This document shows, piece by piece, positions 57,704 to 64,000 of a stretch of DNA of 64,000 bases. The stretch comes from a virus: the IMG/VR virus record IMGVR_UViG_3300012642_000011, positions 32,001 through 96,000 of that record. One strand, given 5' to 3'. Below the pieces are notes generated by a model. The model did not search any database, was not told where the DNA came from, and saw nothing but the letters and a program-made list of their open reading frames with translations. Each line of letters opens with the position of its first letter. The stretch's first letter is position 1. Made by a program: the position numbers and the translations under genes.

Positions 57704-59788
57704 TTGCGAGTGACAAACTTCGCCAATGAAACAACAGAAAACACTTCCGTAGTAACACTGGATGTCACGATGAAAGATAATGGATTTTCACCTATGGAGA
57801 TCTCGCAACTTCCTAAAAATTATAAAGAAGAAATAGACGAGATGGCTGTCGGATTCTATGAATCCGGCAGAATCTGTGTACTTGCAGATGATAAACTATC
57901 TTCCCGTTTCCTTACCCATCAGTTCGTTTCTGACTTCTCTCGCTATTCCACGAGGATCGATGAAGATTCAGATATGAGATTTGTTCATATTGACGATGAG
58001 AACTTGCAGATTTTCTCTCGCGCCTTTGCTTCCTCTGTAAACAATGATGAATCCACAGATGAGGATTCCAATGATGACGATGATGTGAGAGAGGAAAATC
58101 TCACACACGAGGAAGAATCATACTCCAAGGCTGCAAAGCATATTAAGGGACTTATTTCTCGATTCAAAAAGAATGATGTCAAAGAGAATGATGAAGATGA
58201 GTTCCCTTCGGATTACTTCAACATTAACACTGTCGATGAAGACAGTGTAGACATCGATGCGAGCGATCTTTTTAACTTCATCTTTGAGAAAGTAACAGAT
58301 GACCATGCCATTGAGGATTCCTCTATCTGCGTAGTGACAGATTCCCCAACTGTTGCACAGGCTGTCTCATTGCTCAAGAGCGATGCGAAGATCATCATCT
58401 ATGGTGAGAAAGAACACCTTGTAGAGTTCTTGAATGAGGGCGTTAGCGAAGATGACAATTGGGAAGTAAGCGATGCAGATATCCCGCTTGAGAAGAACTT
58501 CATTGAGGACTATTTGTACCACAATACCAATAAGTACATCAATGAAAAGTTCAAGATTGACTTCACTAAGGAAGACATCAGGATTGCTATCAATGCTGTA
58601 GAGGAAAAGGTCGGAAAGAGTGCTGCATATCATGATGGTTTCTCAGTGCTCTCGCCTTCCATCTGGATCATCATTACACAGAAAATTGCGGGTAACTATG
58701 TTCTTGCACAGAATGAAGATCTTTACGACGATGAAGGAAAGCCTTCACTTGTCAAAGTAGCAGATCACTTTGCTGATGGAAAGATTGTCAGTGACATTGT
58801 TAAGTTGAACCCCATCTCTTACAAGAAGTCATCTGACTTGTACAAAATTCTTTCAGACAAGATTATAGGTCAGGATGAAGCACTCAAACAGATTGTCGAT
58901 AGCCTTAAGATTGCTACCAATGGCCTCACTGATGACCAGAAGCCTTTGAGATCATTCCTCTTCGCTGGACCTACAGGAACAGGAAAGACAGAAGCGGCAA
59001 AGCAGATTGCTGAGAACATTGCTGACGAGAAGATGAGTTTCCTTTTCATCAACATGTCTGAATACACTGAAAAGCACAAGGTATCATCACTCTTCGGTGC
59101 TCCTCCTGGCTATGCTGGCTTCGATGAGAACGGTGGCGGCATTTTGACAAAGTTTGTCAAGGACAATCCGCGTACAGTGATCCTTCTTGATGAGGTAGAA
59201 AAGGCGCACGAGGACATTTGGATGGCGTTCATGAGCGTTCTTGATGAGGGAAAGGCAACATCATCCTCTGGTGACGTTGTTGACTTTTCCAAGTCTATTA
59301 TTGTCCTCACAACCAATACAGGAGTTGAGTCTTCTGCGAATGCTAAGAAGATCTCCGGGTTCCAGCCGTCAAACTTCATGGACAATGCTGAAAAAGAATC
59401 CAAGGATGCTTTCAGAAAAGAGATGGAGAAAAACTTCAAACCTGAGTTCCTCAACAGACTTGACGGAATGATCATCTTCAATAATCTTGATGAAAAAACG
59501 GGTTACCTTATTGCTCAGAAGGAAATCAATACTCTGTCAGAAAGAATGAAAAGGAATTCTGATGTTCACATTGAGGACTTTGATCACAGCATTCTTGACA
59601 TCATCATTGAGAAATCTCAGATCAATAAGTATGGCGCAAGAGAAATCAAGCGAGAGACATCTAAAGTCATCTCCCATGCTCTTGCTGAATACCTTGAGAC
59701 AAGAGATAATAATTCTTCGCACGGAATTGTCATCTCTGTAAACGAAAATAAGGATATTGTAATTACTGAATCAATTCAAACAAAGTGA
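57704..59788 (+). CDS. Clp/Hsp100-family single-AAA+ ATPase (ClpA/B D2-like) with a novel acidic N-terminal region
   Basis: …SFLFAGPTGTGKTEAAKQIAEN… (Walker A); …VILLDEVEKAHEDIWMAFMSVLDEG… (Walker B/sensor); …GAREIKRE… (D2-small). The start (TTG 57704 or GTG 57710) is uncertain. Confidence 0.7.
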   Translation: MRVTNFANETTENTSVVTLDVTMKDNGFSPMEISQLPKNYKEEIDEMAVGFYESGRICVLADDKLSSRFLTHQFVSDFSRYSTRIDEDSDMRFVHIDDENLQIFSRAFASSVNNDESTDEDSNDDDDVREENLTHEEESYSKAAKHIKGLISRFKKNDVKENDEDEFPSDYFNINTVDEDSVDIDASDLFNFIFEKVTDDHAIEDSSICVVTDSPTVAQAVSLLKSDAKIIIYGEKEHLVEFLNEGVSEDDNWEVSDADIPLEKNFIEDYLYHNTNKYINEKFKIDFTKEDIRIAINAVEEKVGKSAAYHDGFSVLSPSIWIIITQKIAGNYVLAQNEDLYDDEGKPSLVKVADHFADGKIVSDIVKLNPISYKKSSDLYKILSDKIIGQDEALKQIVDSLKIATNGLTDDQKPLRSFLFAGPTGTGKTEAAKQIAENIADEKMSFLFINMSEYTEKHKVSSLFGAPPGYAGFDENGGGILTKFVKDNPRTVILLDEVEKAHEDIWMAFMSVLDEGKATSSSGDVVDFSKSIIVLTTNTGVESSANAKKISGFQPSNFMDNAEKESKDAFRKEMEKNFKPEFLNRLDGMIIFNNLDEKTGYLIAQKEINTLSERMKRNSDVHIEDFDHSILDIIIEKSQINKYGAREIKRETSKVISHALAEYLETRDNNSSHGIVISVNENKDIVITESIQTK

Positions 59789-61101
59789 GAGTAAATATGA
59801 GTTCATCTTATCATTCAGAAGAGTCCGATTTCAATACGGGCAAAGAGTCAGAGTACGACTTCATTACTGAAGCCATGTCAGAGGAATCTGATGAAGGCGA
59901 TATCCCCTACGACCCAAGTATTTTCACGAGAGAGCCTGCTTTCTCAAGCAGTGCTGATTATTTTGGGAGCAGTGGCTTAACAGATGATGAAGACGAAGGT
60001 AATGACTTCTTCAACGATGAAGAAGATGAATCACCTACAACTCCATCTTATTCTCAGACAAACAACGAGGAAGACGTGAAGAAGATCAGCATTTTCGGAA
60101 ACAGTAAGAAAGCAGAACCTGAGCCACAAAACGACATGGTTAACCAGAGTCAAGAAGAGATGTTCAGCACGGATTATTCTGAGAATGAAACACAGGATGA
60201 TTATTCTTCACCAGTTGCGTCTGAATATACTTCTGCACCAGAAGATAACACTCAGGAATCTTCTACCACCATTGAGTATGAAGACACTAAAGAAGGAGAA
60301 ACAGAAACAGTCTCACCAACAGAGGATTATTCTTCATACTACAATGAAGAGGAACCCTCTACTAATACCAATGAAAGCGATACTGAAAAGCCCTTTGATT
60401 CAAGTGTCTTTGAACCCAGGGTTGAAGAGATCACTTACTCCTTCGGATACGATAACATTGCTCTCAATGAAAACAATGCTGAAGAGTCAACTGTTGCAAA
60501 CACAGATAATAAAACACAAAATGTTGAGCATGTCAACGATGATGTGACATCTGTAGTCACAGATGCACAAGAAGATACTGTTTCATCTACAGATGAGACA
60601 ACGGAAGATCATCAGTCTTCTGTTAGTGATCATCACGTTTCAGATAGCACACCTGTTGCAAATAGCACACCTGTTCAGATGGTGACACCACCTGAAGAGC
60701 ATTCAACATATGAGATTACTCTTAGTGACGTTGAGAATGTTTTTGCTACCTACAATGAATATTCTAAGATGTCAGACGATGAGAAGAAGAGGATTCATGA
60801 GCAGGTAGAAGGCGAATTGAATTATGCAAACATCGTCTACCACATGATGACAGGAAAGATCACTGAAGAAGATGAAGGATTGAATCTTCTTCGATCAGTC
60901 ATCAATATTGAAGACCCACTGGATAGAGCATTCACTGTACTCGATTACGATAATGATAATCTCATGCTCCTTGGCGCTAAAGTTGAAGAGTATTCCAACA
61001 TTGATCTTGGAGACCCTTTTGATAAAATAAAGTATGCAAGACGAATAGTTTATGCAATCGGAGAGTTGGATCAGGATTCTTTAGATCGTATCCAGAAGTG
61101 A
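59785..61101 (+). CDS. Acidic S/T/E-rich low-complexity protein
   Basis: Coupled start; long D/E/S/T runs. Confidence 0.45.
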   Translation: MRVNMSSSYHSEESDFNTGKESEYDFITEAMSEESDEGDIPYDPSIFTREPAFSSSADYFGSSGLTDDEDEGNDFFNDEEDESPTTPSYSQTNNEEDVKKISIFGNSKKAEPEPQNDMVNQSQEEMFSTDYSENETQDDYSSPVASEYTSAPEDNTQESSTTIEYEDTKEGETETVSPTEDYSSYYNEEEPSTNTNESDTEKPFDSSVFEPRVEEITYSFGYDNIALNENNAEESTVANTDNKTQNVEHVNDDVTSVVTDAQEDTVSSTDETTEDHQSSVSDHHVSDSTPVANSTPVQMVTPPEEHSTYEITLSDVENVFATYNEYSKMSDDEKKRIHEQVEGELNYANIVYHMMTGKITEEDEGLNLLRSVINIEDPLDRAFTVLDYDNDNLMLLGAKVEEYSNIDLGDPFDKIKYARRIVYAIGELDQDSLDRIQK

Positions 61102-61165
61102 AGCAGTCAACTAAGTAGTAACAACGATCTTCCTCTCTGAAATAGATTCGAATGGAGAGTAGAAG

Positions 61166-63934
61166 ATGAGAATAGTTGAAGTTGACTTGTGGGAGGGAGA
61201 GGAGATTGTACCTCTTCTCCCTCCTGAGGGCGTTGATGAACTTTCAGAAGATAATGAGACTTTAGAAGAAGAGAAGTTTAATCTATTTAGTGAAGACAAT
61301 AAGCCAGAATGGGCATACACTAAAACTTATAAAAGAGTCATCATTCATGTTGACAACAACAAGATCAAATTCTATTCCATTGAAGATCTTTCTACAGATG
61401 AAGATCTTAATAAACTAGAGGGTTTCTCCAAAACTTCCAAAAACATCTGGGAAGCTAACAGGTCATCTGTCAATGCATTTATTCTTCGCCATATTATCAA
61501 GTCTATTCATGGTGGATTGTCCTCCAAAGAAGACGTGAAAGCATTGGCTACACTTGCTGACAACGCTGTTGATCCGCATGTGAGAATTAGTGATGATAAG
61601 ACCACTATTGAAATCTCTGCTCCACAAGTATGGGTGTATACTGATGTGTTGAGAAAACTTAGTGCCTACTACAGAAGAACAGGCATTTATTCCCTTCAAA
61701 TAGGAAAACTTCTTGATTTCCAATCTCTTTGTGAGAACATGGATGAAAGGTTTCCCCCATTCCGTGTAGATGATGACGTGTACGGACTAGTCAATGACCC
61801 AATTGAAGGATTTGATGGCACACTGGATTCATTGAGGTTCGTTGACATTGAAGAACTCAATGTCATCAGAGCAAACAAACAAAGCAATGACCAGTTGAGG
61901 AAATCAGAGAAAACTCTCGCTGAGAAGATGAGGGAATCAGGATATGCCACCCTGCATGACCTTATTATGACTATTCCACGAAAGTATATTTTCAAGAATG
62001 AATCACAGGACTTAAAAGACCTTGAAGAAGGAGAAACAGCGACAATCGTTGGAAAGATTGATTCCTCAGGAGAATTCGGCAACCCAAGAACAAGAGCATC
62101 AGGAATCTATTTCATGATCAAAACTGAAGGTGGTAACAACCTCCGAGTCAGTTTCTTCAATCAAAGATGGTTGCTTACACGTTTCAAGACGGGTGATGAA
62201 GTCATTGTTACAGGAAAATTCGGTTACTTCAATTTAAAGCCCCAAATCAGTGGAATCTCCATTGATCACATGGAAGATGCTGAACTTCTTCCTGTTGTCC
62301 CTGTGTACAAACAGCAACCCTCCAAGGGAATCACTACCAAACTGATTCTTTCTGCTATCAGAGAGTTGATAGCAAGAAGCGGTGCTGATATCTCCATGCC
62401 TGAATACTTTGAACCAGATAATAAGATGCCTACAGGAGAAGCGTTCAATGAACTGCACTTCCCATCTTCCCCAGAGCACCATGAAGCATGCATGGACACA
62501 CTTGCCTTCTATGAGATGGTCTATATGCAACTCGTCCTTCAAGAATCAAGAAGGAATCAGGTTTCTCATCAAGGAATCAAGATGGAAGAATCCGATTCAG
62601 CATTACAACAGAAAGCAATTGAGTCTCTTCCATTTACGTTGACCAATGCTCAGTCTCAAGCACTAGAGAAAATTAATCATTCTCTAGCAGGAAGTGAACC
62701 ATCATCAACCCTCGTCAACGCTGACGTAGGTTCAGGAAAGTCTATCATTGCTTTCCTGTCATGCCTGAGAGCAGCAGAATCGGGCTACCAGTCTGCTATT
62801 GTTGGCCCAACAGATGTTCTTGCCCGACAGTTGTATGCAGGTCTTGAGAGGGCTGTTGCGCCCCTTGGAGACGATGTTAGCATTGCTCTGATCACAGGAA
62901 GCATGAAAGTAAAAGAGAAGAATGCTATTTACAAGAAGGTGGCGGATGGAGAGATCGACATTGTGGTAGGAACACTGTCACTCGTCAAAACAAAAATGAA
63001 ATACAATAATCTCGGATTGATTGTGATTGACGAACAACAGAAATTCTCCGCAGAAGATCGAAGCAGACTTCTTTCCAGCAGAGAAGATGAGCGTGTTCCA
63101 GATCTCATCCAGCAGACAGCAACGCCTATTCCACGCTCTATTGCTCAGAGTTTCTTTGGCGATGTAGATATGATTATTCTTGATGAGAAGCCACCTGGCA
63201 GAATCCCCATTGTCACTGAATGGATACAAGAATCTCCTACTCAAATTATCAATGAGAAGGATCACCCCATGTGGCAGGACATCATAGATGAAGCAAAAAC
63301 AGGGAACCAGACCTTCATCATTGCCCCAATGGTGAAGGAATCAGATAAGATCGATGCAGCATCAGTGGAAAAAGCATATGAATCCATTAACAATGGAGTG
63401 CTGTCCTCTATTAATGTAGGATACGTCCATGGAAAAATGAAACCAGATGATCAAATGGAAGCAATGACCAAGTTCCGCAACAAGGAATATGATGTCCTTG
63501 TCGCATCCACTGTTGTTGAAGTTGGTGTAGACATCCCTGATGCCACTAGGGTCATTGTACTCTCTGCAGACAGATTGGGATCAGCCTCATTGCACCAAAT
63601 TAGAGGTCGTGTAGGAAGAAACCAAAAGCCATCCAAATGCTATCTCGTCTCCATTGGAAACACTAAGAATAGCCAAAAGAGACTACAGAACATTGTGGAT
63701 CACGCAGATGGATTCGATGTTGCTCAGGCAGACATGGAAAACCGTGGAACAGGAACTGTCTTCGGAACAGAGCAATCAGGAAACAGCGAAATGCTCTTTG
63801 CTGACCTTCTGACACATAAACACTTGATTGATGAAACAGTGGAATCTGCAAAGAGGATATTGAATTCAGAGAACAGAGAACAAGCACTTAAAGATGCATC
63901 TCAACTATTCATTTCAAAGGGGAGACTACTGTGA
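61166..63934 (+). CDS. recG: RecG-like branched-DNA helicase
   Basis: Wedge/OB region (…GETATIVGKI…RVSFFNQRWLLTRFKTGDEVIVTGKF…). Helicase motifs (…VGSGKSIIAF…; …IVIDEQQKFS…; …VASTVVEVGVDIPDATRVIVLSADRLGSASLHQIRGRVGR…). Confidence 0.85.
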   Translation: MRIVEVDLWEGEEIVPLLPPEGVDELSEDNETLEEEKFNLFSEDNKPEWAYTKTYKRVIIHVDNNKIKFYSIEDLSTDEDLNKLEGFSKTSKNIWEANRSSVNAFILRHIIKSIHGGLSSKEDVKALATLADNAVDPHVRISDDKTTIEISAPQVWVYTDVLRKLSAYYRRTGIYSLQIGKLLDFQSLCENMDERFPPFRVDDDVYGLVNDPIEGFDGTLDSLRFVDIEELNVIRANKQSNDQLRKSEKTLAEKMRESGYATLHDLIMTIPRKYIFKNESQDLKDLEEGETATIVGKIDSSGEFGNPRTRASGIYFMIKTEGGNNLRVSFFNQRWLLTRFKTGDEVIVTGKFGYFNLKPQISGISIDHMEDAELLPVVPVYKQQPSKGITTKLILSAIRELIARSGADISMPEYFEPDNKMPTGEAFNELHFPSSPEHHEACMDTLAFYEMVYMQLVLQESRRNQVSHQGIKMEESDSALQQKAIESLPFTLTNAQSQALEKINHSLAGSEPSSTLVNADVGSGKSIIAFLSCLRAAESGYQSAIVGPTDVLARQLYAGLERAVAPLGDDVSIALITGSMKVKEKNAIYKKVADGEIDIVVGTLSLVKTKMKYNNLGLIVIDEQQKFSAEDRSRLLSSREDERVPDLIQQTATPIPRSIAQSFFGDVDMIILDEKPPGRIPIVTEWIQESPTQIINEKDHPMWQDIIDEAKTGNQTFIIAPMVKESDKIDAASVEKAYESINNGVLSSINVGYVHGKMKPDDQMEAMTKFRNKEYDVLVASTVVEVGVDIPDATRVIVLSADRLGSASLHQIRGRVGRNQKPSKCYLVSIGNTKNSQKRLQNIVDHADGFDVAQADMENRGTGTVFGTEQSGNSEMLFADLLTHKHLIDETVESAKRILNSENREQALKDASQLFISKGRLL

Positions 63935-64000
63935 GCACAGCAGCAGAACAAACAACAAAGAGAAACAAGTTTGCTTGGCTTGACAAAGATAAACCTTTCA
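63931..64000 (+). CDS. 5' end of the next gene (partial)
   Basis: GTG overlaps the recG stop and the frame is open to the window end (VSTAAEQTTKRNKFAWLDKDKPF…). Confidence 0.3.
   Translation, partial: MSTAAEQTTKRNKFAWLDKDKPF

Noticed and set aside
735-63887. Numerous 60-215-aa ORFs on the - strand (e.g. 735..974, 2233..2598, 3830..4468, 14838..15215, 22903..23223, 43304..43951, 61696..62082)
   Set aside because: Every one is fully overlapped by a long + strand gene with recognisable domains or coherent membrane topology. None has an RBS or recognisable motif, and several fall in repeat or low-complexity regions that generate spurious reverse frames.
1-64000. Alternative genetic code (UGA recoding, as in some CPR or Mollicutes lineages)
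   Set aside because: Long conserved genes (recA, dnaB, recG, PBP) are uninterrupted under the standard code and terminate at sensible positions. No in-frame TGA is needed.
1-64000. tRNA, rRNA, integrase, relaxase, VirB4, VirD4, capsid or terminase genes
   Set aside because: I looked for their hallmark motifs (tRNA T-loop GGTTCGAATCC-like, tyrosine or serine recombinase motifs, VirB4/VirD4 Walker boxes in large ATPases, terminase ATPase) and found none I could support. Their absence is noted rather than any feature called.

Overview
This 64-kb window is coding-dense, has GC of roughly 40-45% judged by eye (not computed), and carries essentially every credible gene on the + strand. Strong Shine-Dalgarno sites (AGGAG/GGAGG) precede most genes. 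I found no tRNA, rRNA, CRISPR array, integrase or relaxase. The gene content reads as part of a large mobile replicon from a low-GC, Gram-positive-type host, such as a jumbo phage, megaplasmid or ICE. A strongly reduced episymbiont genome cannot be excluded. The modules I can support are listed below.

(1) A secretion/transfer-like membrane module:
- three paralogous giant polytopic membrane proteins of ~1900, 1390 and 1105 aa with VirB6/ConG-like topology, each carrying a different long cytoplasmic tail;
- a CwlT-like two-domain cell-wall hydrolase directly downstream of the first giant gene;
- a VirB11/CpaF-family secretion ATPase;
- a possible A24 prepilin-peptidase-like membrane protein;
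- a cluster of large secreted proteins.

(2) Transcription and chromatin genes: two sigma-70-family paralogs and two HU/IHF-like genes.

(3) A complete IS200/IS605-family element carrying only tnpB, with identifiable left- and right-end hairpins and 12-bp inverted termini. It sits directly upstream of an SMC/Rad50(SbcC)-like ATPase that has a CxxC hook and no Mre11 partner.

(4) A DNA replication and recombination set: SSB, RecA, DnaB, a probable sliding clamp and RecG. A class A PBP with a PASTA domain is embedded in this cluster.

(5) Accessory cassettes:
- a DUF2201-type VWA/metallopeptidase protein and a MoxR AAA+ ATPase, split by recA;
- an Rnl1-like RNA ligase next to an HNH endonuclease;
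- a Bax-inhibitor-1-family membrane protein;
- a single-AAA+ Clp/Hsp100-like ATPase.

Many proteins end in acidic/aromatic tails (…DDDEF, …DFDDDDVSDFL) that resemble the SSB C-terminal tip. A TGATATT-type extended -10-like motif recurs 35-45 nt upstream of several start codons. The antisense ORFs in the track are almost all overlapped by long + strand genes and are treated as spurious.
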